Shown here: positions 1 through 13,871 of the stretch, piece after piece
Numbering within the stretch: position 1 is the first letter of the stretch
Layout of the letters: each line of letters opens with the position of its first letter
Origin: Bispira polyomma
Taxonomy: Eukaryota
Reading direction: 5' to 3'
NCBI GenBank assembly: GCA_965649765.1
Contig: OZ287754.1
Coordinates: 27,404,001-27,468,000 of the forward strand
DNA: 64,000 bases
Position numbers and translations under genes: made by a program
Notes under the pieces: generated by a model
Seen by the model: only the letters and a program-made list of their open reading frames with translations
The model's database searches: none
What the model was told of the DNA's origin: nothing

Positions 1-9
1 GTCTAACTC

Positions 10-235
10 TCAGAGAGATGTGACTAAAACAGCTACAGATATACTACACACACACTGCTAATAACAAGCAGGCCCTACTGTCTTCTAGTAATAACTGGGG
101 AGGAGGGGGATCACACTAGCCAACTGGTGATTATATATAATAGGCTAAGACTTTATTACACAGATAGATAGATATCAACATGGTAGTGTCACTTCTACAG
201 TGACAAACAAAGTAGGCATATCCTATGATATCAGA
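10..235. repeat. Dispersed direct repeat, copy 1 (copy 2 at ~2716-2942)
   Basis: Colinear match, e.g. ataactggggaggagggggatcacact...gtgtcacttctacagtgacaaa in both copies. Confidence 0.9.
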
Positions 236-554
236 CTATTTTTTTTGTTTTATTTATTTATAAATGACACTCCATTCAAAACTAAAGCTAAAATATAGCT
301 TATATGAAGGACCTTTTTAGATAAAAAACCAAAGCTAAATATAAATTAAGGAGGATATCTGTATAAACACATTGCTAAATAGTACTTAACAAGGACCTCT
401 ATACAATACTATAAATAAAATCATTGTAAAACCAATTATAGAAATACATATTAAGCAGAAGTTATATATAGCGGATGACCTACATAGAAAACCAGTGTTC
501 TGAAATAAAACTTAAAAAAGTTAAAATAGAGATAATATAATGGGTGTTAGTCTT

Positions 555-722
555 TGTGCTCCATATGTGGCAGCACAGGTAGTATGCTTCCTGAGGTACC
601 TGAGACTGAACAATTGGTTGACAAGGGGAAGAACCCAGACTGGGGTTATAATGTCAAAGCGCATTTGATAACAGTAATGTTCAAAATGCGCTATATCAAA
701 TGAATAATTATTAATATTATTC
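555..722 (+). mobile_element. Probable SINE 3' fragment with L2-like tail
   Basis: Ends aaagcgcattt...aatgcgctatatcaaatg followed by (att)-like tail, resembling L2-mobilised SINE 3' ends. Confidence 0.4.
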
Positions 723-1264
723 CGAGTATAGATTTATGAAGGAAGCTGAAATCAAGAAAGTTATAGAGAGGGTTTCCCTGGTTACATGGCGATTTTCAAA
801 ATGTCTCTCACGCCCTATCTATACTGTCATAGTATGAACTCCACAATAGGGGCTGCCTCATCCGAGATCATCAGAATGCCCCAGGGTTTTCAGCAGGGTT
901 GTTGTATCAACAGTTTTCTCTTGGACCAGTTAAAGGCTGGCTACTTCTTGTCAGGGTTTCAGCACCACCACAATAAGCATGGATTTAAAACTGTGATGTT
1001 TGGGACCTAATGACACTTAATGATAGCTGAAATTAAGGAGGCCACAGAGAAGTAGTCTTATACACAGCTTTTCTCAGCTATAAATGTCTTTCAATGGGCT
1101 AGTAAACAGTTGCAGATAATACTGTATAATGACCAATTTCATTGACACACAAGGGTTTTATTGAGTTTGACCATTAGGTCCTTGTTGTGATGCATAGTGA
1201 CAAATATTCACAAACACAGACATTCACTGACATATTTGGATCATTCCACAAGAAGTGCTACATG

Positions 1265-1750
1265 CAGTTTAGTTGATTAGTGTATTGGCATTTGTTAATT
1301 ACTTAAAAGAATATGGTTTCATTTGGAGTTAAGTATTCACTGACAGTCCTTTTTAGTTTTTGCATGGATTGACCAACCAGATCTCTTAATAAGGCTTAAT
1401 TAACCAAGAGGATAATTTTTAATCAAAACTAAATAGCCATCAGTTTGATTAGTTTAGTAGTATTTGTAAATTGATTAAAGTCTATGAAATCTTCAGAACA
1501 AAACTATTCATATTCAGTATTTTCCCAAGTACTTTTCCAATTAGATTTCGTGATACAGTTTGACTGACCAATAAGATACTTTTTAACAAATAATATAAAT
1601 TAAAAAAAACAAAAAACAGTTTAATTAGTGTAGCATTATTTGTTAACTGTTTAATTCTTTATGAAACTTTATAAAATGTTTTCCTTTTTTAGAAGTTTTA
1701 TAGATTTGCCTAACCAGATTTCGAGTTAGAGTTTTATTAGCCAATAGGAT
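1265..1750. repeat. Degenerate ~175-bp tandem repeat (~3 units)
   Basis: Motif agt(t)tgattagtgta...atttgttaa recurs near 1270, 1441 and 1617. Confidence 0.45.
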
Positions 1751-2424
1751 ACATTAAAAAATTATAACATTGAAAAAAAATAATAAGATATTAAGACACA
1801 GAAACACAGTCACATACACACACTTACCTTCCATGGCCACTAGACCCAGCAGTATCCCAAGGTGTAACAAGCATTCCCCTAGAGAAGCCATTTGGTGAAT
1901 TGTGTGTATATCCCAATGAAGCAATATAATTGCCAGCACAAATTAGGCCTGTATCGTTGGGTGATCTCTACTCACTTATATCCAGATCCTGTCACATGTT
2001 ACGTATGTATGTCATCAGTCCTTTCACATTCTATATAATTATATCCGGAGTGTTTGTGTGATGAGGCTATATTTTTTATATGCAAGTGACGAAATGGTGA
2101 CGTCAGACAGAAATCGGTATATAGTAATTGTTGAGACGCAGAAATATATTATTATTATTTAAAAAAAATACAACATTAAGCTGGTTTAGATTAAATCTTG
2201 CATATCCTGTTGAGCATTAAACATATCGTCATATATAATTTTATTGTTTTCTGTAAATTTCACATCTCTGCTCACTAACTAATTGAATCATACAACAATT
2301 GTGTGTGTATAGCTTGTGTATAGTAAATTTCACATTTTATCTGTCCATTGTTTTTGTTTACTAATTTGCATTCTGCAACCAACAGTACTGTCAAATTGCA
2401 GAGAAAATATATTCATAAATACCG

Positions 2425-2658
2425 ATATACATTTTATAACGAGTCTTTAATTCCCTGATTCAGTCTGATGCCTCAAATATGTGTTTGTCCAAAACCAAAG
2501 AAGAACCCTGGAACACAATCTGTGTGAAATAGATCCATTCAATATACATTTTATAACGAGTCTTTAATTCCCTGATTCAGTCTGATGCCTCAAATATGTG
2601 TTTGTCCAAAACCAAAGAAGAACCCTGGAACACAATCTGTGTGAAATAGATCCATTCA
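2425..2658. repeat. Perfect 117-bp tandem duplication
   Basis: 2425-2541 is identical to 2542-2658 (atatacattttataacgag...agatccattca). Confidence 0.95.
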
Positions 2659-3659
2659 AGGATAGAATTCATTGTCTTGTGTACTACAATAAACAAGACA
2701 GCCTTGGTCCAACATTTAGAGAGAAGTGACTAAAATCAGCTAGAGACATACTACACACACACTGCTAACCGCAAGCAGGCCCAACTGTCTTCTGGTAATA
2801 ACTGGGGAGGAGGGGGATCACACTGGTCTACTGGTGATTATATATAATAGGCACAGACTTTATTACACAGATAGATATATATCAACACGGTGGTGTCACT
2901 TCTACAGTGACAAATAAAGAAGGCATATCCCAAGATATCAAACATTTCTTGCTTTTTTATTTAAGGAATTAAGGAATAACTTCAAATCAGGGATACACAG
3001 AATTCTAACTATAGCTATATCAGCGATTCTAATTGGCTGAACGTTACGGTAACTTTTACCATGTATACACATAGACTAATTTTTTGTCTTTGGTTTACTT
3101 GATGCCCAGTGGATATAGTTCCTTCAATAATGTGATTGTGCAGTAAATACAGAAAGAATCAGGTAATTATTTTATCATTTTATCAGTTTAGAATTGGAAT
3201 AACACATTTCAAAGCCTGATATACGGTATATGCGTAGCAACATGAAGACAAGATCATTACGATTCTAACATGACAAATTTAAATAGTTACCGGAATTCAA
3301 CTGTATTTTACTACAATATTACGTTATTGGTGGACCTAATTTCATCTGGACATAAAAACACAACGGACAGAAACAGCTAATGTCTATATGCTGAAGTTTA
3401 TCAAAGCTTTCAATCAATCCGAATTGTGGACAGCAGCCATGTTATGTCAGTAATGCCTTTATTCCTGACAAACATGTATTATTGTAATATATATTATAAC
3501 ACTCTTTTATTGAGTCAAGTGCAACAACCAAATCATTTCATGTCCTACAACATAGTCTGGGTCGTCTGGGAAATGGCATGTTCACATCTTGCTCAATAAT
3601 GTTATTCCACTAATGAGACTAGTGGCATTAGTAGTAGTCGAACCGGGGACCTACTGACT

Positions 3660-3790
3660 ACCAGACCAACTCCCCCAGCTGGCCGTTGAATGGCAAGTTA
3701 CAGACAAACTTTCCCACATGAAGGAACAAACATGATTCAAACCCACTGAATCTGAAGCTAGCATTTCTAACCACTAGGCCATTAAGACCC
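3660..3790 (-). mobile_element. Old tRNA-derived SINE fragment (paralogue at ~35620-35795)
   Basis: Minus-strand A box tggcctagtggttag and B-box-like gggtttgaatc, then atgtgggaaag core. Confidence 0.7.
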
Positions 3791-4021
3791 CGTTTCCACA
3801 ACTGAAGATGGGGGCTTGTGGATGACCACTTTTCATCACCCCCCAAGATTTTGTCAAGCTTGCTTATGTCAAGCTTGCCACAAAAGTAACCCTCATGCTT
3901 GTATCCACATAAAATTGTAATTCTCATAAATAAGTCTATTGCATTGTGTCTATTTAAATCAAACTACGTCAAACCTTTTTTTAGATGTACTCCAACAACA
4001 ATGCTAAATACATGGAGGGGT

Positions 4022-4133
4022 GGGTAATCTAAAACCAGTAGTTTAATATCCCCATGGGTAATCTAAAATTAATTTGAAATTACCAGAGGGTAATCTAAAA
4101 TCGATTTGAAATTACTGAAAGGTAATGTAAAAA
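4022..4133. repeat. ~33-bp minisatellite (ggtaatctaaaa core, ~4 units); paralogue at ~36176-36280
   Basis: Core repeated four times at regular spacing. Confidence 0.7.
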
Positions 4134-4496
4134 TGGAGATATAATGCTACACCCGGTTAACCCAGGCTGGAATTGAAGCCAGGCCTCTGCATCCCTAAGT
4201 AAGTATGTTTTTAACCCAGTTGGCCAGATTGCTAATGATTATGGAACTCAAATTCCTATTCAAGTCAATGTCACTACAATTTACTCAACTGTACCATGGA
4301 TGATTTCAATTAAAATTACCAACATGTCCCCAAGGATAAATGTGTGTTGTTTTTGTAATTGCTTTTGATTTATGCTAAGAAAACGAAAAATCCCCTGAAG
4401 AGTTACAGGCAAGAGTAAAAACCCCATCAATTTGAATTGGGGAAAAATCATTCATTAAAAACACATTAGCTGCATTTACAAATATTGTTGGACTAT

Positions 4497-7400
4497 TTGT
4501 ATTGTAATTGTAATTAGACTTTTATAGCGCTTAATCTCCCCTTAACGAAGGGGACTCTAAGACCCAACAGCACAAAAGACAGTTATACAATTTCAATATC
4601 CAGAAACAGAAAAGGGTAGAGCACCACAGAACTGGGTATGCTTTGGTGTACAAGTGGGTTTTAAGCTGCTTCCTAAAATAGGCTAGTGAGGGGGACGCAC
4701 AAATCACATCAGAAAGAGCATTCCAAACAATAGGAGCATCAAAGCTGTGACCAAACTGTTTAACTGACTTTTGAGTGGACGGGTGGAACTTTGGTACTGC
4801 AAGAAAATTACTACCACTCTGACTGCCTCTTGTATTTTAACTACTGTAAGAGGAAAGATTTGGGGCAAAATACTTTGGAAAACCAGTGTGAAGAAACTTA
4901 TAAACAGGTGTAGCTGTTTTAAACACTGAACGCTGTTCAACAGGGAGCCAATGCAATATCTTAAGAACAGGAGTTATACTGGTGTATCGACTGGTATTTG
5001 ACACAATTCTAGCTGCACTATTTTGAATGCATTGCACTCTACGTAAATTAAACTTTGAGATACTGCTAAAAAGCGAATTGCAGTAATTCAGTCTACTACT
5101 GACAAAAGCATTGGCCACAAGTATAGAAGCATCATATGTGAGAAACTGCCTCACACGTCTAAAGTCCCGGAGTTGCACAAAACAACTTTTCCAGACATTC
5201 TGAAAGTGTTTAGAAAAGGAAAAGTCAAAGTTGAACCATACACCCAGGTTCTTGACAGAATCAGATGGGCTGAAAGGGGTACCTAGAATGTCAACTGGAA
5301 AACATGCTTTCAACTTCTTCCTCTGTCGTTTTGAGTAAAAGATTATAAACTCAGTCTTGTCGGGATTAAGTTTGAGCTTACCAGTTGACATCCACTCTTT
5401 CACATCGTCAAGGCACCTGTTCAACTTTTCAAAGGCAGTAGATGTATTGTTGTGGGATAAGTGCACATAAATTTGGGTATCATCTGCATAAAAATGAAAC
5501 TTAATACCTTTATATTTGCCAATCACCAATCTGAGTGGGGCAATGTACAATAAAAACAACAGAGGGCCCAAAACAGGACTTTGGGAACACCAAACAAGAG
5601 TTTACAAAGATCAGACAAAGTAGAATCAATTTTTATTGACTGATAACAATCAGTTAAGTAGGAAGTGAACCATTTAGGAACAGAGCCCCTAACTCCAAAC
5701 CAAGTCTGAAGACAACTGAGAAGAGTGGAATGATCTATGGTGTCAAAGGCAGCAGAGAGGTCGAGCAACACCAGAGCAGTAAATTTGCCTCTTGACAAGG
5801 ATAGGTGAACTTCATTTTTTATGGACAGAGGAGATGTCTCAGTCGAATGAACTGTTTTATATGAAGACTGGTATAGGTTGTCTAAGTCGTGGACAAGGAT
5901 ATGATCTAACAGTTGCCTAGCAACCACACATTTAACCAGTTTTGATATGAAACTAAGACCAGATACAGGGCGATAGTTCTTTAGGTCATCAACCGGAAGA
6001 GAAGCCTTTCTTATCAGAGAAGTAACCACAGCTGTTTTAAAACCATCAGGTACGTGTCCCTCAATAAGTGAGCAGTTTACAAGCTTTGTAATGGATGGGA
6101 GTAGTATATCACCACATTCTTTAATGAGAGATGTTGGCCATTGATCCAACATTCAGTATTTTGTAGGCAAGTTACTATTTATTTTATTAACAGCATCTTC
6201 AGAGACTCTGGCAAAGGCAATAATTTCAGGAGGATCAGAAAGAGGATGAACATCATTTTTAGTTCCAGAAACAACAAAAGTATATCTAATTTTCTTAATT
6301 TTGTCTGAAAAAAAGGAAGCAAACTTGTCAGCTAATGACTTATCAGATTCATGGGATGGAAGTGCCACATTGGAAACCATATTAAGGGTCTTGCGCAGCT
6401 CGTGCTATAGCTTTCTGGAGTTGTGACTGTTGTCTGAGATAAGTTTGCTGTAATACTCCGACTTATCCTCGTTAACAAGTACATTGCACCGAGCAATCTG
6501 GTCACAAAGTCGACTTCTATTCAGTGGATTCTTGGCCCTTCACCAAGTTCTTTAATATTGGTGCCTGAAAGACTTTGCCTGTTGGTATGATTCAGAAAGC
6601 TAATGCACAGAATCTTTCTTTGACATTCTAGATACAAGTGGTGCCTGCTTATCAAGTACATCACCCAAGTCATGTACGTATTGTTCCTAAAGTTTGGCTA
6701 CATATTTGGCTGGTGACTTAACGAAGGGAGTATTCTTGAGATTGGTGCAGAGGTCAGACATATTTATACCGTGGTACCTCCTATTATGCACTATATTTGG
6801 AATATGAGCCACCTGCCGAGGAGAGGCAATTGAGCATTTGACTAATGCATGATCAGATATAAAATGGCAGACTTTGACATCCACAATAGTATCCGGATCA
6901 CTAGGAGATAAAATGAGGTCCAGAATGTGACCATGCAGATGGGTAGGTTGTGTAACTGACTGTTTAGATCACACAAATCAAGAAAGGTCATAAATTTATG
7001 ATCATCACCAACTTGTGCATCAACATGGATGTTAAAGTCACCACAGATATGATACAAACTGTTAAAAGATAACAGGAAACAAACAAGAGACATGAATTAA
7101 ATTAATTACAATTACATGATCCTGGGGGGCGATAGACACAGGCAAGCAACAGTGAGCGGCCATGAAGCCAAATTGACACCACCATGTTTTCAAAGGACTG
7201 ATAGACAGGAGACTCTATTTTATGTGGTCTGAAGGATGATCTGATGAAGAAACCGACACTGCCACCAATACATGAGGGACGAAGCGTTTGAAAAATCAGG
7301 AGGAGTAACAGACCGTAGAAAGCTATCCGTATCAGATAGACGGACATGGGTCTCAGCAACACAGAAGAAGTGGAGGTCATGCGAAGTCACAATGTCAGCA

Positions 7401-7683
7401 AGAAGTGGACCTTTGTTCCTTACAGATCTAGCATTTAGCACACCCAGCATGACAGGACCAGGGTTAAAGGACACAACTCCGCCCAGTAAGAGTAACAACA
7501 CAAGACCTCTTTCATTAACAGAGGTTGAGAATTTGTAACATGAACAAGTGTATGAGAAATTCTTTCCAAATTTTGACAATGGAGTAGTAGATATGTAAGC
7601 TACTCTAGGGTGAAACCACTCATACCTATGCACTAGTGCCACAGCAAACAATGCCGATAAAAGGAGAACCCTAAGGAGAAACA
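4497..7683 (-). mobile_element. L2-clade LINE, near-complete ORF2 (APE endonuclease + RT), pseudogenised
   Basis: EN motifs LNARS, VAETH, VYRPP, GDFN, SDH; RT motifs NYRPVS, LDLSAAFDT, YADDTQ, SRLNYCNSL, LHWLPV split over several frames; 3' end gcgctataaaagtct plus (aattac)n tail; possible TGTAT TSD; empty site at ~36510. Confidence 0.95.
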
Positions 7684-8945
7684 TGTATGTCTAGGTTAAC
7701 AAGCAAAATTACAAGACAAGTCATTTTTGTTTGATGTGTTTTAACAAATAGAAAATATATATACTTTTAAATGTAACAGTACAGCACAACAGATGAAACT
7801 TTTTATGCATATTTAATATATTTTTACTTTATAAATACTAACACTGTGTTGATATAGATAAATTCGTGCATCGTGTGTTTACAAACTCAAGAATGCTTAC
7901 CATTGGTGTTTACGACCTCACCAGTAGTGTTGACCTGCTCACGAGTGTGGTGAGAATGTAGCATCACTATGTGTCAGTAGTTTTGTCTGTTCCAACACAA
8001 GTGTGTTACTGGCCTTAAGTTATTTATACCTACAAACACCAAGGCAGTTTTAATAAGCCTTTTTATATGTTCACTCGATGGGTAATGCTCTAAACCCTTT
8101 ATATTACCCCTTTTGATACTAAGTAGCAGTGTTGTTATCCTGTACACTAGGAAATTCTGGGCGTAGTAGTTTCAATACAGCTGGGGTCGCTTAAACACAC
8201 ACCACAGATGATGCCCAGCATTTCATAATAGCTTCATGTCTAATATTTTAAAACATAGAGTTGAGCCGTTAACACAAGTTGCAAATTTACTGTGTACTAC
8301 TGAAGGAAAGTCAAATACCAATATCTATAGAAGTGTCGACTGCTTGCCCAGGGAAATAGTACCTACCAATAATATGTAGTGTTCAGTCACCTTGTAAGAG
8401 TGAAAGCAGAGAGAACTTGAATAAAGTATGATAATGGAATAAATTTACAGATTAATAAGTTCTGTGTTAAAACCAGTATACAATATAATTAAAAAAAACA
8501 CATATGTAGAAAAATTTAATACTGAAGTTGAAACTCAATTATTGCAGTGAACTTGATACTGCTAATTGACAACCATCGAACCAACAAGGTTATAATGATC
8601 CGGAATTTCATTTGACCAAAGGGGCAGGTGTCGGCTCTCAGCTGGGTTGAATATTCAGTGGAATTTTGGCATGACAGTGTCTTTGTATGGTGCCGATTTG
8701 ACAGCGGGGCTGTTTTAGCCTACGCTTCCTTTCAGCATGTTTTTGACGACGTCGGCCGACATTGGCCGATTTTTTTCGCTCATTACAGAATATAACAAAG
8801 TGCTTTCTTTAATCATATTTGCAACAGATCAGACGTCAGCGGACATCTGTTGGGCGAACATATTTTATCTGTCAGGGAGGGAAAATTGGGAGGACTGTCA
8901 CATTTTGAAAGAAAAATGGCTACAAAAACACTGTCATAGGCATAG

Positions 8946-9314
8946 TTTTCATCCGATATATACTCAATTTTTGTTGGATGTTGAAGTTGAAAATGGCATG
9001 AGAAAACTTTTCATCACCCAAATTCGTTAAGGAACGGCTCAGATATTTAAGTTTAAAGATCAGTATCCTATTTTACTTCCCCTTCTTCAGTCAGTAATCT
9101 GTCACATTGACGTCATAATGATGTAAATTTTGTAACTACGTCACAGCTTACACATCTGAAAGTGAAAATGGATATCCTTATTTAATTGTATATATCTTAG
9201 TCGTTTCTTAACAAATTTTTGTGGAAAAAGAAGCACAGTAACCACAATAAAATAGATTCTCATGCCATTTTTAAAGTTAACATCCGACAAATTTTGAGTG
9301 TATTTCGGATGAAA
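8946..9314. mobile_element. MITE/foldback with ~60-bp inverted arms
   Basis: 8946-9004 is the reverse complement of 9257-9314 with a few mismatches. Confidence 0.7.
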
Positions 9315-10480
9315 GGAAGCACAACGTTGGTCGACGTCGGATCGGATCTGACGCCTTCAAATCGGCCGACGTCGGAATGTGCTGACCAATGCAATCAATT
9401 TGTTTTTAAAAATTACATCACACAAGTCTACTTTAAACACTCCAATTGGTTACGGTTTTGGATTGTGATACATTGTTAACGGGTGGGCAATATTTACCTT
9501 GGGATTATTAACACTGATAAAAATACATCGAGGAGTTCTATTTTACATTTCCTGGATAACCTGTATACTTTTTCCCTGTTGGGAGATTGTTTTATGAAAA
9601 TACAGTATTGAAATTGCAGTAATGAAAAGGCATTGAAGTGGAACCACTGGATGTGAATAATACATAGTAAATAATAAATTGCAATTCACAGACTGGGACA
9701 ATGCATTAATAGGGTACTTTTAGGGAAACAGAGATAAAGGTTTAAGAAATTTTTGAGAGTTTAGAATATAGACCATTTAGTCTATTAGGCACTCTCACCA
9801 ATGTGGATTTGAATCGAATTTGTTCCTTCATGTGGGAAAGTTTTGTCATGTCGGTGATACTTTACATACATGGCTTATTCCATATTTACATACCACAGTA
9901 AAACATCAATCACCAAAAAGATCCATTATGTAACCTGCAAAGGCATTGGTGGATCTATTGCGGTTCAAGGTATCCCCCTCTTCCTTTTTCAGGCCCAGCC
10001 TGATATTGTTTTCACTCTGAAAAGGGCACCACTATCTTTGAAAAGGGTACCACCATCTTAGCAATAATATGTAAGGCCTTTGTGGATTGCTTGGAAGCAA
10101 TTGACCTGTCCAAATGGAAGGGTGTCAGATCAATATTTGTATGGGTGCCAAGCAGGCCTATAGTATGTAGTAGCCATATTAATGTTACTGTATTTTACAC
10201 TGTGTCTTTTTTTAAAAGACAACTCTTGTGAAAATAGTTTTTTTGGAGCTGCAGCAAACATTTGTCTAAAAAGCAAATTTGAACATTTCGTGCTCACATT
10301 CTATTTGGGGAGTGGACCTCCCCTACACCTTTTACAAAATTTGCATATGAAAGGTCACAAATTTTCTTTATTAACACTTTACTAACAGACCACCACACAT
10401 GAAATATCACTTATTTATGGAACAGTGTAAGCGTCACAGTAGTGTGGTTTTATTTGTGTTGGTGGTGTAATATTTTTAGC

Positions 10481-10645
10481 AGTGTTGGCGGTTTATAACT
10501 CAATATTTTGACTTTGAACTCAAAATATTGACTTCATATTTGGAGTGTTGGCAGTTTCTAAGTCAATATATTGTCTTCGAATTCAAAATATTGCCTTCAT
10601 ATTGGTAGTATTGGTGCTTTACAAGTCAATATTTTGACTTTGAAG
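10481..10645. repeat. ~63-bp tandem repeat (~2.6 units) with internal palindrome; paralogue at ~23979-24142
   Basis: Unit agtgttggc...caatattttga-ctttgaac-tcaaaatattg. Confidence 0.8.
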
Positions 10646-11934
10646 GTATTAACTTGGGAGTTATATTGATGTTTTTGTCCTGATATGCATTGCATGCCGG
10701 AATGACTATAGCTAACTGTAACCGATTACTAAAAAGTTTGAGACAGTTCCTGGTGTTACATTTTTTTGGGTGGTCGAAGGGTTAATACTTGAAGGGTCTA
10801 GTGCTCTCAAGGTAATACACTTGCCTCGCAACCTCGTAGTTGTGAATTAAAAAATAGTTGCCCTAGTGGTGTGAATTAAAAAATATCCGTCCTAGCAGGG
10901 AGGAAATTTGGTGCTAGACACTAATTGCTGAAGGCCAGTTATTTACAATAACAAGCCTGTATTGGTATCATTCACCAGTAAACTGCTCATCCTGACAGAA
11001 TTGGTATAAATATAGTGCTGAAAGTGACAAATTAAACCATAATTAAACCTGAACTAAACCCATTTATTACTGTACCAGAACTTTGTTTGAGGGTGGGTGG
11101 ATATCCTCACTCAATATGCACCGCCTTATTGTGATTACGTGAGTAGAACATAATGATCACATTGCTATGACGTGTGGCAGTGACAGTAATGTAGCTCTTT
11201 TTATGAAAAAATGCTCATATTGTAGAATAGGAAGTCTAATTTGAAAAATTTATGCCAGAGTAAGCTGTTTCTGGAACTAAATCTTTTCATCACTACCAAT
11301 AACAGTCGACTACGATGCTTACAACACATTCAACACATTTGCATATTAATAACAGATGAGTGGTAAGTTTGGAATTTAATACAACCGAAAACAAGTGGAA
11401 AGTGATATATCTCTGACTTTTGTAGTTATATTAATGTCAAAAAAAAGTGAAAATATATTTTGGTGAAAAAGATTGAAAATTGTAACTTAGTGAAATGTTA
11501 TTACACCAACTATCAAAGTAACTAATACTACAGTAGGGATGGAACCTCTATTATCCAAACAGTGAAAAAGCACGATGTTGTTCAGATTGTACAATATTCA
11601 TAAAATAGAAGAGGTATTTTAGTAGAAAATTGTCACACGATAAGCTGATGTCGATGATTCTGATTAGCTCTAAAGTATGGTAAAATCTAGCACTACAAAG
11701 TCAGAACGGCTAAAATGTTTCTTACGTCAAGTTGCATTTCACCACATTAAAGTGATATATTTTTGAAGTACAGCATGGTTTAGGTAACAATTTTAATTTG
11801 TCATGTTAGACTCTTAACAACAATCAATCCAGGGAACTGAGTTGCAGAAACAGTCAGGTTTCGCCAGCATGTTCATATATCTCTAATCATGGTAAACGTT
11901 CCTCGTATATATCTGGTTTGTAATGGATTATTCC

Positions 11935-12154
11935 TAAACTCTTTCGCGACTAGAAGAAAACAACCGCCAGGATCTGAAGGAAATTTTTCAGCAATAAGTT
12001 CCAGATAGCCAACAACATACCACAAACTATTTCCAACATTAAATATTGAAATATAATAAAAAAATATTTTTTGTATGTTGCCGACAGACATCGGTCCTGG
12101 GAGTAATAATTGCCATTAGCTGCTTGCTGACAACCTAGGGGTTGAAAGGGTTAA
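11935..12154. mobile_element. piggyBac-like MITE (TTAA-flanked, CCCT/AGGG-type ends); relatives at 21752-21975 and ~47510-47729
   Basis: Right end gaaagggttaa; relatives begin ttaaccct and end aagggttaa; left end here is decayed. Confidence 0.5.
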
Positions 12155-12289
12155 ACCACAGGAAATATTTAGATTGATATAAGATTTAATATAAGTTTGT
12201 ATAATAGAGGCTTTAACTAGCTCTATTCGTTTATTTTATTGACAATATTCAATTTCAATGATTTTTCTCTTAATAGTCCTCCTACCTTG

Positions 12290-12620
12290 CTACTCGTCTT
12301 TTCTTTAGTAACCTCAAGAGAGGAAATATACTTTCTCTTGCCTCTATTATTTCCAGTGATAGGGCTGGGCCAAGAACATTCTCAATCGCTGCCCCCTATG
12401 TTATGGAATAGTCTCCAAATTGAGCTTAGATCACCAGTAACACATTCTGGATTTTAAGAGTAAAGTTCCCCCTTATTTTCTCTCTCTGTACACACACACG
12501 TCGTTCCTTACAACGTGGCTATGTCTTTTTGGCTTCTCCATTGGTTAATTGATTCTGTTATTGTACTTCAGAAAATAACTCACATCAATAAGGTGTGTTA
12601 AAAATGCTAACTATAATACC
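12290..12620 (+). mobile_element. Old L2 3' fragment shared by paralogous units (also ~39360-39710)
   Basis: Translates GPRTFSIAA(P)MLWNSLQIELRS, the L2 ORF2 C-terminus. Confidence 0.7.
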
Positions 12621-12744
12621 AAAATAGACTCTCGGATGTTAACATTTGTCCTTGTTTGTGGCAAACTCACACCTGCCTATAATCAAACTGAAAAAATACC
12701 ACAATATATGTCATTTCCTGGCTTCTTTTACTTTACCCCTCAAT

Positions 12745-13871
12745 CCATAATTTATTAAGAGTAACTTCATTAAATTGTAGAGGTTGGTGGGTTTGTAGCA
12801 AAAGAAATACTTTTTGTTTTCGCCCCAAGTGACCTATTAGAAGAACCGTTTGGACACAACAAAAATGTCTTTTGATTAAGAGAATAACAAACATAGGTGA
12901 TATTTAACATAGAGATAAATAGAGTAGGTGTCATCTTTTGAAAACAAAAACAGCTAAGCCTGTTTTATGAACCTTATATTATAAATATATACAACATCAG
13001 CTTTAGGTAAATATATAAACGATACAAACAAACCTGTCATACCTATGTTTTATTATGTAAAATGTTATCATGAAATACAGCCCAGGCCTGAATTAAACCC
13101 TGGTCCTGTGTGTTCTTTAGTGAGTGTATTACCTACAGGGCTAACAGTGCTAATGATCTAAAACTCAAGTTCCTACTCAAGTCAATGTCACTACAATCTA
13201 CTCAACTCTACACTTGGGAGTTCCATTAAAATTGCCAACGTGCCCCCTGGGACAACTGTGTTTATATTGTGGAGATTGTTTTTGTAATTGCTTTTGGGTT
13301 TTTGCTCAGACATGAAGAACAAACTGATGTTTTGTAGTGAAGATTAAAAACCCACCAAATTCAATCAGGCCTGCTGGGGCAATGCCCCTCAGTCACTAAA
13401 ATACTGTACATTACAGTATTACTTATAAACAAGTTGTTTCCCAAGGCAGCAGTCAATCAAAGCAACTAACTTAACTCAATCACAATAAGACTTTTTTTGC
13501 ATTTTGGCACCCTTTCTTTTATGTGGCCATTAACATAATAAAGTTGAATAAGTAAAAACTAAATTTTTTGGCCACTCACCCTCCTTGTCATGAGGTTGTA
13601 TGAATAATTATATACATATATGTGTATTTTATAATTGTATGCTAAAATGTATGGTATTTAAAGGTTTTATTACTTAAAATTATTCTGTATAGATGTATAT
13701 AAAAGCAAAGAAACTGTAAATAAACTGAAAAATCCCAAACTGCATCCGACTTTGTTATTCTTTAATAATAATAATATCAAGAAAGATTTAATGTGCCCAT
13801 TCCGTCCGCTGTTCACAGACATCTGCCAATTACACAACTTTAGAAAGCCATAGTTTTACTTGCTTAGCTAT
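12745..13871. repeat. ~1.13-kb direct repeat, left copy flanking the YR retrotransposon
   Basis: Colinear, high-identity match to 18816-19940. Confidence 0.95.

Noticed and set aside
2590-2770. Reading ...DPFKDRIHCLVYY...LKSARDIL, vaguely like an IFI44-family segment
   Set aside because: Short, interrupted by stops, with no supporting motifs or clear splice sites
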